Shown here: one piece after another, positions 11,440 through 23,500 of the stretch
Numbering within the stretch: position 1 is the first letter of the stretch
Layout of the letters: every line of letters begins with the position of its first letter
NCBI RefSeq assembly: GCF_011386835.1
Contig: NC_088793.1
Location: forward strand, 41,044,001-41,108,000
DNA from: Chrysemys picta bellii
Taxonomy: Eukaryota
Direction: 5' to 3'
Length of the DNA: 64,000 nt
Made by a program: the position numbers and the translations under genes
Notes under the pieces: generated by a model
What the model was told of the DNA's origin: nothing
Database searches by the model: none
The model's input: only the letters and a program-made list of their open reading frames with translations

Positions 11440-12310
11440 AAGCACTGCTGAGCGCCACAATCATGATGGTTGTTTATATGGACAAGGTGCTCCACATGTA
11501 TTGGCAATAGGATGTCCAAAATGTCCATGCAATTTAGGATGTGGAAGGCCACTTTCCTCAGCATGTGTGTAGAGCTCGCCATGGTGCTACGGTGACAGAG
11601 CACCAATGTGTGAGTCTCCTTCAAAGCAGAGAAACGTGCTCCAAGAGAAGCTTGCCTTCTTTGTTTGCTACCAGTCGGTGGCTAATTCATTTGGTTTTGA
11701 AAATCAACTGTCGGAACTGTTGTCATAGAGATGTGTGTTGCTGCCCTGGATAATAAAGCTTGGCAATACAAATTTGTGAATAATCTCCGGTGAATGCTTG
11801 GGGTTGCAGAATTGTATCGGGACCACTGATGGGACACACATGTCTTCCATTTGTCTGTCCCCCTGTTCCCCTCCCATATGCTCCCCAAACAGGCCTTGGA
11901 GTTCATCAGCAGAAAAAGAGGTATTTTTTCATGATCATGCAAGGCTTGTTTGATCACCATGGCAAGTTCCCTAAATTAATGTGGGGGGTTAGTCTAGAGA
12001 GGTCCATGGTGCTAGGAACTTTAGCAACTAGGTGCAATGAAAAATGGAACTGTTGCTCCCAAAATCACTACGAATATTGATGGTGGTGTGTTTCCAGCTT
12101 TATTCTACCTGAAGTGATATAGTTAATTTGAAATTGGAGTACAACTCTTATAATGATATAACTCATTCCAAAATAGTTCTCTCTCTCCCAAAGCAGTTAT
12201 ACTGGGATAAAATGCAAAATAAAGCACACACACAAAAAATCGCTTATGTGGATGCAAGATAGTTTATACTGGAATAAACTAAAGATACACTTTCCCATGT
12301 AGACAAGGCC
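11440..12310 (+). pseudogene. PIF/Harbinger transposase remnant with right-hand TIR-like end
   Basis: Frameshifted fragments QFRMWKATFLSMC, GLQNCIGTTDGTH, KKRYFFMIMQGLFDHHGKF match HARBI1-type motifs (FRMxKATF, GAIDGTH, RKGYFSM..VDHRGRF); ends in ATGTAGACAAGGCC. Confidence 0.8.
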
Positions 12311-12530
12311 TGAGACAGACACTCTATGGAAGATAGATCGTATTCCCTACTTTCCTTCCTCTCTTCTCAAGGAGGTTTTTCATCCACTAAGTTGTAGAAA
12401 TACAATCAGATCTTCTAATCAAGGGATAGTGGGTTGGGCCCACCTTTGTAGAACTCTTCATAGAAACTTAAAAAAAAAAGTTTTAATAATTGGAAACCAC
12501 TAAGAAAATTGTATTAAAAAATACAAGAGC

Positions 12531-13670
12531 TAGGGCTGTCAAGCGATTTAAAAAATTAATCGTGATTAACCACGCAATTAATGGTACTGTTAAACAATAG
12601 AATACCATTTATTTAAATATTTTTAGATGTTTTTTACATTTTCAAATATATTGATTTCAATTACAACCCAGAAAACAAAGTGTACAGTGCTCACTTTATA
12701 TTTATTTTTATTGCAAATATTTGCATTGTAAAAAAACAAAAGAAATAGTATTTTTCAATTCACCGTATACAAGTACTGTAGTGCAATCTCTTTATCATGA
12801 AAGTCAAACTTACAAATGTAGTTATTTTTATTACATAACGGCACTCAAAAATAAAACAATGTAAAATTTTAGAGCCTACAAGTCCCATCAGTCCTACTTG
12901 TTCAACCAATTGATTAGACAAACAAGTTTATTTACATTTGCAAAAGATAATGCTTCCTGCTTCTTGGTTACAGTGTCACCTGAAAGTCAGAACATGCATT
13001 TGCATAGCACTGTTGTAGCTGGCATCGCAAGATAGTTACATGCTAGATGCACTAAAGATTCATATGTCCCTTAATGCTTCAACCATCATTCCAGAGGACA
13101 TGCGTCCATGCTGATGACGGGTTCTGCTCTGTAACGATGCAAAGCAGTGCAGACTGACGCGTGTTCATTTTCATCTTCTGAGTCAGATGCCACCAGCAGA
13201 AGGTTGATTTTCTCTTTTGGTGATTTGGGCAGTGGCGGCTCCAGGCACCAGCACTCCAAGCGCGTGCCTAGGGCGGCAAGCTGCAGGGGGCGCCCTGCTG
13301 GTCCCTGCGAGGGCGGCAGTCAGGCTGCCTTTGGCCACATGCCTGCGGGAGGTCCTCCGGTCCTGCGGATTCGGCGGCAATTCGGCAGCAGCATGCCACC
13401 GAATCCATGGGACCGGGGATCTCCTGCAGGCATGCCACCGAAGGCAGCCTGCCTGCCATGCTTGGGGCGGCAAAAAAGCTAGAGCCACCTCTGGATTTGG
13501 GTTCTGTAGTTTTGGCATCAGAGTGTTGCTCTTTTAAGACTTCTGAAATCAAGCTCCACACCTCATCCCTTTCAGATTTTGGAAGGCACTTCAGATTCTT
13601 AAATCTTGGGTCGAGTGCTGTAGCTATCTTTAGAAATCTCACATTGGTACCTTCTTTACTACTCACATGT
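12531..13670 (-). mobile_element. Truncated hAT transposon with transposase C-terminal (dimerisation) region
   Basis: TIR TAGGGCTGTCAAGCG at 12531; the - strand gives FLKIATALDPRFKNLKCL..[MITE]..HRYRAEP..CPLEWWLKH..LAMPATTV, typical hAT C-terminal motifs. Confidence 0.85.
13230..13493. mobile_element. GC-rich hAT MITE nested in the hAT transposase
   Basis: CAG...CTG ends; perfect 8-bp TSD GATTTGGG (13222-13229, 13494-13501). Confidence 0.92.
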
Positions 13671-14453
13671 ATAAAGTTATTCACCTAAGTATGTGTTTAC
13701 AGGATTGAAGCCTACGATTTTACAATCTTTTAGATAGGGTCAGTGATTTGATAATTTTTTTTTGAAGCACCTAGCATATTTTTGGGGTGCTATAAACAAG
13801 TAATAATTGCTAGTAAACCGGTGACAAACATTCTGTCTATTAATTGCTTAAATTAAACAAATCTAATTAACTTATGGAAAGGTCTGAATGTAATTGTCAT
13901 TCTTATTAAAAATTGGCTGCTTTGTAGGTTTCCAGAGTGGAGCTGATGCTGATGTTTGACATTTAAAACCCTAAATGAATTAGTATCTTCCTTCCTGCGA
14001 GGCTGTCCCTCTCCCTATGTTGCACTTCCACAGCTGAAGTTTACAGAGGTTTTTCAGCTGGATTCCTCTTGGTATAAAAGAAGTTGCTGTTGACGGGATG
14101 GTCTTTGTGAAAGCCTTTTTCCTTTGGAATTTTGCTCCTTCATGCCCTTTAGTCCACAATAGCCTGTATTTGTTCACTTTCAGGGCCTTTTAATAAAAAG
14201 GGCTTCTGAGGAAGAGAATAGTGCTTGTGGCATAAAGTATAGAGAAAGTGGAGACCATTTCTTCTTGTCTTTATTGTTATTAGGTGGTTGGTATATTTTT
14301 TAGGATTCCTACATACAAATTAGTTTATTGTGTTAGGTAGCTCTTGTCACTTTAAAAATAAAAACCAGTAAAAAAGGATGAACTCTTTTAAACTGTGACT
14401 CCAAGAGTATAATTTCAATAGTCACATTATATATTTTCTATTGTGTTTTACAG

Positions 14454-14564
14454 TGAATAATCCTATACCTTCCAACTTGAAGTCAGAAGCAAAAAAGGCA
14501 GCTAAAATATTACGAGAATTTACAGAAATAACTTCCAGAAATGGACCTGATAAGATCATACCAG
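14454..14564 (+). CDS. SH3YL1: SH3YL1 coding exon 2 (111 nt)
   Basis: ttttacag|TGAATAATCCT...ATACCAG|gttagt; encodes (M)NNPIPSNLKSEAKKAAKILREFTEITSRNGPDKIIP. Confidence 0.97.
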
Positions 14565-17500
14565 GTTAGTAAGGATACAAATTTGTTGCAATTGAAGGGC
14601 TCACTTCTTCAGACCTCACTTGGGCAAAACTCTCATTGTCTTCATGATTACCTACTGCGTTCATTGTGCATTTTCTCCAAGTGTAATGAAGACCTGGACC
14701 CTATAGCTATAATTTTTGTGAAATGAATTTACTCTTAAGAGGTAAAATTCATTCTTGTCCAGGGGTCCTGTGCTGTATCTTTCTCACAACTTATTCCCCA
14801 CCCCATCCCACCTCCGCCTATTAGTAAGTCACTGTAAGAGTGGCTATGTTGGTGGACATCTGCATGGTGTGGATTGGGGCTCCATATTTGCCCTGTATAG
14901 ACTGGCACATAGGGAGGACCAGATATAGTAATTAAAACCTGTACATCTGTAGTAGTTTGTTAATATCACCAGAATCCTCAAGATAGAATTCTAGCCTTAA
15001 TAAACACATTTTTAAGATATGTTATGTGGCTAAAAATAATCTCTGTACATTATTTTCCTATGACCCTACTGTAAATCAAAATGGAGGTAAATGGAGTTAA
15101 ACCAGTATAAAACGATATAAGAGGAGAATCAGGCCATCTGACTCTGTTTCCCACTGTCCTTTTTTTTTCTGCCATCTCTATCTTTTTTCCCCTCTGTGTT
15201 CTAATTTCCTTTCCTTGTCCCATATTCCGTTTTTTTCTTTTAATTTATACTAGTTGTGTTCCAAAAGATATACAATAAAACTAGATTTTTTTTTCTGATG
15301 TCATTTTATTATGAGCCCAAGTATTGAATAACAATGGGGATGTTAATCATTTTTATAAAATGATTACAGATTAACGTGGACTCTGTTACTGTTAAAATTC
15401 TCCACTTGAAAAATCCATTGAGGCAGGGATGTTGAGTCTCCATTTCTTTTTGTATTTCACTAATTTAGCTCACTTTTTTGTTATAAATTTATTTCAGTCT
15501 CTTTCTTATTCAAAATTGTTAAATATATGGCTGTTTTTTAAGTCATGATTGTGTTTTAGTATGTTCTTTATGCTCTTCTGAAAATGTTAATTTTTAATTT
15601 TAAATAATTAATATTTGTTTTCAGCCCATGTAATAGCTAAAGCTAAAGGCCTGGCAGTTTTGTCTGTTATCAAAGCCGGATTTTTGGTAACAGCTCGAGG
15701 AGGCAGCGGCATTGTATTAGCACGTCTTCCTAATGGAGGTAAGGTGACATTTTCTCAGTCAAACCAAGAATTAGAGTGTGTATCTTCCTTTTCTACATCA
15801 GGGGAAACTTCAAAATAAGTGTAATTCATTTTTCTTTCTTCCTTTTTTTTTTTCTTTTCTTTTAATAAACTAGAACATAGGAAATGCCATACTGGATCAA
15901 ACCAGCGATCTGTCTAGTCTACTAGCCTGTCTCTAAGGCTGATTTTTACATTAGAAAATTTTGTATCTGTTTTCCAGCAACATTGCAGCACTGGCAGTCA
16001 GGCGGCCTTGGGTGGCATGCCTGCGGGTGGTCTGTGGTCATGTGGATTCGGTGGTGTTTCTGCGGGTGATCTGCTGGTCCCGCAGCTTTGGCGTACAAGC
16101 CGCCGAAACCGCGGGACCGGTGGACCCCCGCAGGCACCAGGGCCAGCTCTAGCTTTTTTGCCGCCCCAAGCAAAAAAAAAAAAGGGGGGGGGGGTGGCCG
16201 GACTGCCGAAGCAAAAAAAACAACCGGCAGCTGCAGGGAACGCGTGGAGGGCGGTCAAGGCAGCTCGCAGGGGGGTGAAGGGCAGAGCCCCCAGGGGCTG
16301 CAGGAGGTGCTGGGTCAGCTGCTCCTTTAAAGGCGGCTTGGCTGGGTCGGGCTCAGAGCGGCGTGGGAGGCGGAGGCCAGTGCAGGCGGCGGGCAGTGGC
16401 TCGTCCCAGGGGGCACGGTGAGCGGCGGGGATCGCTAGTTCCTGCCCCCCCCCAAGGCCAGGGTCCATGCCCCTGCTGGGCTGGGACTGGCAGAGCACGG
16501 GGAGCCAGCGAGGGGCTCCAGAGCTGCAGACCGGGCTGCCAAAGCAAAAAAAAAAAAAGCAGCAGGGCAGCCGGAATGTGCTGCCCCAAGATTGGCTGGA
16601 ATGCTGCCCCTTTAAAAGTGCCGCCCCAGGCACATGCTTTCTCGTCTGGTGCCTGGAGCCGGCCCTGGCGGGTACACCGCCGAAGGCCACCTGACGGCCG
16701 CCCTCACAGCGATCAGCAGGCTGCCCCCCACGGCTTGCCACCCCAGGCACGCACTTGCTGCGCTAGTGCCTTGAGCTGCCCCGGCAGCAGTAGTGCTGCA
16801 AGCACTACTGTTGACTGGACGTAGGTTTTTCAGCATCTTTGCTGGAAAACAGTATGATATTTTCTAATGCACGTGCAGTGTAACAATAGGTAGTGCTAGA
16901 GCCTTCAGAACAATGTGTAATATCCCCATAATGAACAATTTTAGAATTGTTTTGAAGCATGAAGGTTAATATCTCTTGTAATATGTTTAATGTAGTAGGG
17001 TATCTACATACTATTATCATTATTATTTGTGTGTGATCTTTTGAAAATGAGTTTCATAGGTAAGTTTTATATGTTGTGTCGGGAAAACAATCCAGTTTTA
17101 AACTTGTTACTTTTTAGTGGACTGATTTCGAAGGTCTCACCGCAGCCCTTGCACCACTCCTGAGGAAGAAAACTTTTTACAGGCCAATCTTCAGCACTAC
17201 TTATGGAGTTCATACGCATGATTATTATTGTAGGAGATCTCAGGCCTGCCGACAGGGAGGGCAAAGGGGTGAATTGCTCAGGAGCCCGGTGATTTAAAAG
17301 GGCTTGTGTGGATGGGATTGATAATGTATTTTTTAAATAAAAATTAAGATTACAAAAAAGAAATCCGGTTTCCTGCTGCTGCCGCTCTATACAGAGCGCC
17401 ATCCCTCATGGTTACAGTAACAGTTTGCTAGAGTGCTGCTGCACCCTGCTGGTCTGGCAGTCTGTCAGAGCATCAGCAACAGCAGCCTGGGAATCATGGA

Positions 17501-20500
17501 GCTTGCTGCCTGCTCTGGCTCTCTGGCTCTCCGGCTGCCAGGCTGAGGAGACTTTAAAGAGGAACAAGTTCCCTCTATGCTACCAGATTTCCTCCCCCAG
17601 GGCTGCAGCTCCTCGCCAAACACAAGCCAGCAAGTTCAGCCACCCATTCGAGCCATCCTAAATTTGCCAAGAGGCAGCTGGGACTACCCCCCTCCACCCT
17701 TTCACTGATTCTGTCACTGGCTGACCAGCTGCTATCACAAGCGCATTATGATGCGCCACCTCCACCGCTCAGCCAGGGAATGAGGCATGGGTTTTCCCTC
17801 TGCCTGCGCCCCGGCTGCCTCCCAATAGATGTGGCCGCACCATGCCTGCCATCTCCTCATTGCTCTGGGTATTGATGTCCCACAGCACCAGTAGTGCAGG
17901 TATTGTATAGTTGAACTTTGTTGGTCGTATTCAGTTACATCTTGTATATCAGTTTTTTACTTGCCTTTAGATTACACATGAATCACAGTTAGGTGTTTAA
18001 TTCGCCTAGTTGATACTTTAGGTGTTTTCTTACTTTGTGTTTCTTTAAATGTTTATATATTAATTAATTTAATTCATAATGTATTTATTTAATTTAAATA
18101 TATAATTCAAAATAACAAATTCTACATCTTACATTTAGTTTCACAGTTTATTTAATACTGGTGCTGTAACTGGGGAAAAAAAAAGATAACTAGGTCAAGC
18201 AACACCACAACTTAAGCATAGTGGGTTCTAATGTGTTATCAATAGGATAAAAAGTAGTATCGTAAACCTCAGCCATCCCTTTCTAGGGGGGCAATTGACT
18301 TTTCTGCCCTGAGGCCCGGAATTGCTGTCAGCGGGCATGGGAAATCTACCCAGAATGCAACAATTTACATCCAAATAACCAAATATACTGGCTTGGGGAC
18401 TTTTTGAGGGGCAGGTAGGAATCCTGTCCAAAAGAAAAACTGTAAAATAGCTATAATGAGTGCTGAACTAAAGGTTCTGCTTACTGGGTGTCAAAACTAT
18501 AAGCATTTTGATATCCTGAATATTTCTTCACCTGTGTGGCTATGAGAGGCTAGTTCAACTCTTAGTTACATAATGCCAAGAATTCTGTCAAGGACAAAAT
18601 CTTAAATCAGAGGCAGAGCTACACTGAAATGGTGGAAGCAGAGATGTAACTAGACATTTTAGGAATGGGGTAAGCAATCATATTTGCACCCCCTGCTTGT
18701 TTTTGGGGGCATTTTTCTGCCCCATTTTTCTTCCTCTATGACTTTGCGCCCTGCGTGGCTGCCACTTGCCCCACTCTGTTTATGGCCCTGGGTGAAAAAT
18801 ATTTCAGAGTGTTCGATCGTGTTTCTGACACTCATCGTTCCCAGACTGTTACTAAGTTACCAAGGCTTATTTGTCTGTCTCTGTTGATTTATAATTAGAA
18901 ATAGTGTTGTTTGTGTTTAAAATCAATATTTACCAATAGAAGTATTACAGTAAGTAACATTAAGTAATATGTATTAGGAATTCAATATGCAGTAGCTCAC
19001 TACAGTGTTATGAAATAGTTCCTTAGCTAATGGAGATATTTAATATGCAATAGATTTCTGCTCTGTTGGTCGGTTTAAATGTGAGAACTAATTCAAAAAT
19101 GTTTAGCTACATTGATGCACCACATAAACCTTCATATTTTCAAACCTCTGATGTTCTGTGTGAAGTATTGTGATACTTTTTGAAACAAGCCTTGGTATCC
19201 AAAAGATTAACTGAATCTAAATATATGATGTTTGAAAAATGCTTTTGAAAACATGCACCTTAATATATTTTAAAAAATTGCAGACGGCCTAAAATAAGAG
19301 TTCTTCAGTGTAAATGGTGCTGTCTCTGAAGTGTCCCTTTGATATGGTAATCAGAATTACAATGAAATTGCCAATGTGCACTGTTGTTTTTTCAGTAATT
19401 ATGTCCTTTTTAACTATTGAAATGCAATTTTATAATTTGGATTTTTTTCTTTACTATTGCAATATTATTTATCGAACAAACTGTCCCCAGGCAGCACTGT
19501 TTTCATTTGCTATCTACTTGATGTTGCCAGTTCTTCAGGTGCCTTCCATGAAAAGCAGTTTTTACTTTGAAAACATGACTTTCAAACTTAGTTTTGGATG
19601 GCACTGAAAATTTTGAGGCGCATTTTAAAAACGAGAAAAAATATATTTAGCTTTGTAATATTTTAGGTTTCAGTTTGAAAATTTGTATGTCAAATGCAAT
19701 GACTTGTAATATTTTTCATATTGTATTAGTTGACCTTTAGTTTCTGTAAAAGGGAGAACTTACTACTGTTAAATGGTGATATGGTTGAAATTTTGTAATA
19801 TGTATCTTATTTTGTGTGGGTCAGGTTGGTCTTCTCCTTCTGCAATAGGGATAGCTGGCCTTGGTGGTGGATTTGAAATTGGAATTGAGGTAAGGATTAA
19901 ATACATTTGTATTATTTTACAAAAGTAGAGTTTTCTATGCTACATCCATTGATCTTGAAATATGCATTGTTTCAGTGTACATGAACTATAATTGAAACTT
20001 ATTTTACAATATTGCATGTACAGTATGAATTTTTCTCATGTTTTCATAAAATGATATATTTCGAATGGGATGTGAAAAATCCAGCAATGAAGACTTGTAC
20101 ATTTTTATCTGATCTCTTTGCTAATTAATTGAAGTAAAATTAAGCATTAATTAATAAATTTCTAAAGGGTAGAAACAAATGACCTGTTTGATAAAAAAAA
20201 AATATTGTACCTGGGGTAAAGAAGTGAGATAAAGGGGATAGAAGATTTTGTAGTTGGACTTGATAGGATTATATACAGATTGTGTTTGCAGATAAAGTGA
20301 AATGAGATAACGGTGTGTGCTAAATGGTAAGAGGAACTGTATAGTGCCCCCCGCACAAAGGATTGATGGATACAAGTGAAGGTAAATTACATAAAAACAA
20401 ATGGGTAAAACTGCCCCTTTTAAAGTTAAACCTAGCTAAGTAAAAACAGTGTTAAAAGCACAGTAGATGCATGAATTAAGTTAATTAACAAGAAGTTTTA

Positions 20501-23500
20501 TGTGCAAATCACTTACGTACTCCAGCATATATCAACTGTAAGTGTGCTCTTACATAGAGCATGCTGTTTCTAAACATTAGAAAATGAAGTAATAAACTTT
20601 TCAGTGGCATTGGTGAAATATTGTCTGCTACAATGAGAGGTACCCAATATAAAACCTGTCAGGTTTCTTACAGTGATCTCTAGAGAAAACCACATATTTT
20701 GATTCTTGTCTTACTGGCTTTGCAAAACCTGCTGAAACAGTCAAGGATTTAAATTTACACTGGTTTCATGCCCAGGACTTGTTGTATTGAGTCTTGGAGT
20801 AGTGCCAAAAATAACATTTCTCGACAGAGGGACAACTTTTTAAGCGTGGTGCACATGAGCTATCGGGACTAGAAAAAAATGCCTTGTCGTTGGAATTCTA
20901 GTTTGTACATATGTGTATATGTATTTTTGTAGCCAAACAGGACTTGCTCTTTCTTTCATTCTCAATATAATGTTTATGTGTACTTCTTTAGATTAAAGTA
21001 CATGACAGATGTCCCCCTCCCTTCCATAACAATAATGTAATGTTAAGTTTGACACATCAAAGTACTTGCAATCCAGGAAATGCAGAATTATGGTTGAAAG
21101 TTGTTAAACTACATAGCACCTAATTATTCCAGAAATTTTTTCTCCCTAGCACCTGCAGTATCTTGGTACACTTTCCACATATGCAACTGGCCTCTCATAT
21201 GGCACACCTTATGTTCCAATAATCAGTTCATATCACTTAATTGTACTTAAGTTTGTACTTAAACTGATAAAAAAATTTCCATTGACGATCATGGAAATTT
21301 ACAGATAGCCAAAGTAAGAAAAATGCTGCCTGAGAAGTTTTATTAGAATAAAAAAAAAAACAGTGATTTAGGCTTTTGAATTAGGCTTGTTACAAATGGA
21401 CTAGCAAATGGATTAGTACAAACAGGTATGATTTGTTGATTTAAGAATATTTACTTTGTATATTTAGACGTGATGTTGACAATTTGTGTTTTAAAGATTA
21501 TAAAGCTTTAACTTTTGAATCTCAGCATTTGTCATTAAATAATTGTCTGGACCCCATAATTTCCCGCAACTGTGAAAATTAAAATCAATAAAAATATTTA
21601 AATATGCTTAAAATAAACATCAATATTATCTATCAGAATTATAAAAATCAAATTCTGCCAAGCCTATCTATAAGAGTTTATTCTGTTCTTCGGTAATGTG
21701 CTTCTGTTATGTAGTTCTGTACCTGATAGAATCCTTACCACTAGTGAAGGAGTAAACAAGGGACTATTTCTTAAAGATGTTTTTCCCTAAAGGTCAGTGA
21801 TTCATGGAGCCATGTTTTTTATATTTTCAATAAAATGTGATGTTTTCATTTGCATTTTCCATTGCTATATACGTAGTCAGCCCAACATGCTTAATATTTA
21901 TTATTTTTCAAATTAGTCAATATATTTCTTCTCATGTTTCAGTTAGTCTGATATGACCTTTACAAGGTTTATCTGTTACCATAGTTTTAAATGCTTGTGT
22001 ATTGTTCAAGAAATTTATTCTGTGATCCTAGAATCCTAAAACCAAAGACATTAGAGAGGCAACAAACTTATTAGATCACCTAACCTGTTCCTTTGGGTAT
22101 ATGTAGTGGTGTATAGTTCAGTCTTAGTTTTATATGCCCCAATTGATAGGGCTTCAGATACTTTTCTTGGGAAACTGTTTCACTGTTAGGAAGGGTTTTT
22201 TTTTTTCTGAAATGTATCCTAAATTTTTTTTGTACCTCTTTGGTGTTTCTTAGGTTTCTCCCCCTCCTCCCCACAATTAAATATCTCTGTATATTTTCTA
22301 CCTAATATAGTAAAGTTGTAATTTTCCAAATTGTTCAGTTTTCTTGTTCATATTTCTACCTATTTGGTACCAGATTAAAGTGCACGGTATTAAGTGCCTT
22401 GCCTGATCGGGGTCAAGGTCCCTTTGTATTAGTTCTTTGTTATCATTTATTATAATTTATTATATTTATTTAATTAATTAGTTTTTGGTAACACATTTCA
22501 GTTAAGTACCCTATCTAAATTTTATCAGATTTTAGTTCTGAGATCATTAATAGAGATGTTACGTTAGGTAAGACTTAACACCTGTTCCTGTAGTTCCACT
22601 AGACCAGTGGTTCTCAAACTAGGGCCGGCGCTTGTTCAGGGAAAGCCCCTGGCGGGCCAGGCCAGTTTGTTTACCTGCCACGTCCACAGGTTTGGCCGAT
22701 CGCAGGTCCCACTGGCCACGGTTTGCTGCTCCAGGCCAGTGGGGACTGCAGGAAGCGGAGTGGGCCGAGAGACGTGCTGGACGACTTTCCTGCAGCCCCC
22801 ATTGGCCTGAAATCCAGGTGTAGAGCCAATACTCTCAACTTCAAATACAAGAATGATACATGCATACAAATAGCAGAATCATATTCAGCAAATCATAACA
22901 TTTCCATAGACACCTTACTTGACAATCTTTGTACAAGATTTATTGCAAATATATAACAGTGGTTGCAACAGTAATCTATATGGTCATATTTTAATCAAAT
23001 AATGTCATCTGCAAACTTTATCAGTGATGATTTCAGGTTTTCTTCCAGGTTATTGATAAAATTGTTAAGTAGCATAGAGCCAAGAACTGATCTCTGTGGG
23101 ACCCCACTAGAAACATACCACCTTGATACTGATTCCCTGTTTACCATTACATTATGGTAACCTATCAGTTAGGCAGCATTTAATCCATTTAATGTGTGCC
23201 ATGTTAACCTTGTATTGTTCTATTTTTTAATCATCATGTTGTGCAGTGCCAAGTCTAATGTCTTTCAGAAGTCTAAATATATTTTATGAACATTATTACC
23301 TTTATCAACCAAACTTGTAATCTCAACCAAAAAAGATATCAAGTTTGTTTGAATGGAACTATTTTCCATAGACCTATGTTGAGTGGCATTAATTATAGTT
23401 CCTTCTTTTAATTCTTTATTAATCGAGTCCTGTATCAGCTGCTCCATTATCTTTCCTGTGATCAGTGTCAGACTGGTATAACATTTAGTTTGCAAAGTCT

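Noticed and set aside
13920-14340. Possible alternative first or 5' UTR exons upstream of exon 2
   Set aside because: Several AG/GT pairs exist, but there is no promoter, CpG island or homology evidence without transcript data.
15946-16836. Cluster of overlapping 70-250-aa ORFs on both strands
   Set aside because: These arise from GC-rich MITE sequence poor in stop codons and have no protein motifs. The same applies to 13147-13537, 22607-22869, 52874-53221, 56131-56615 and 63686-63904.
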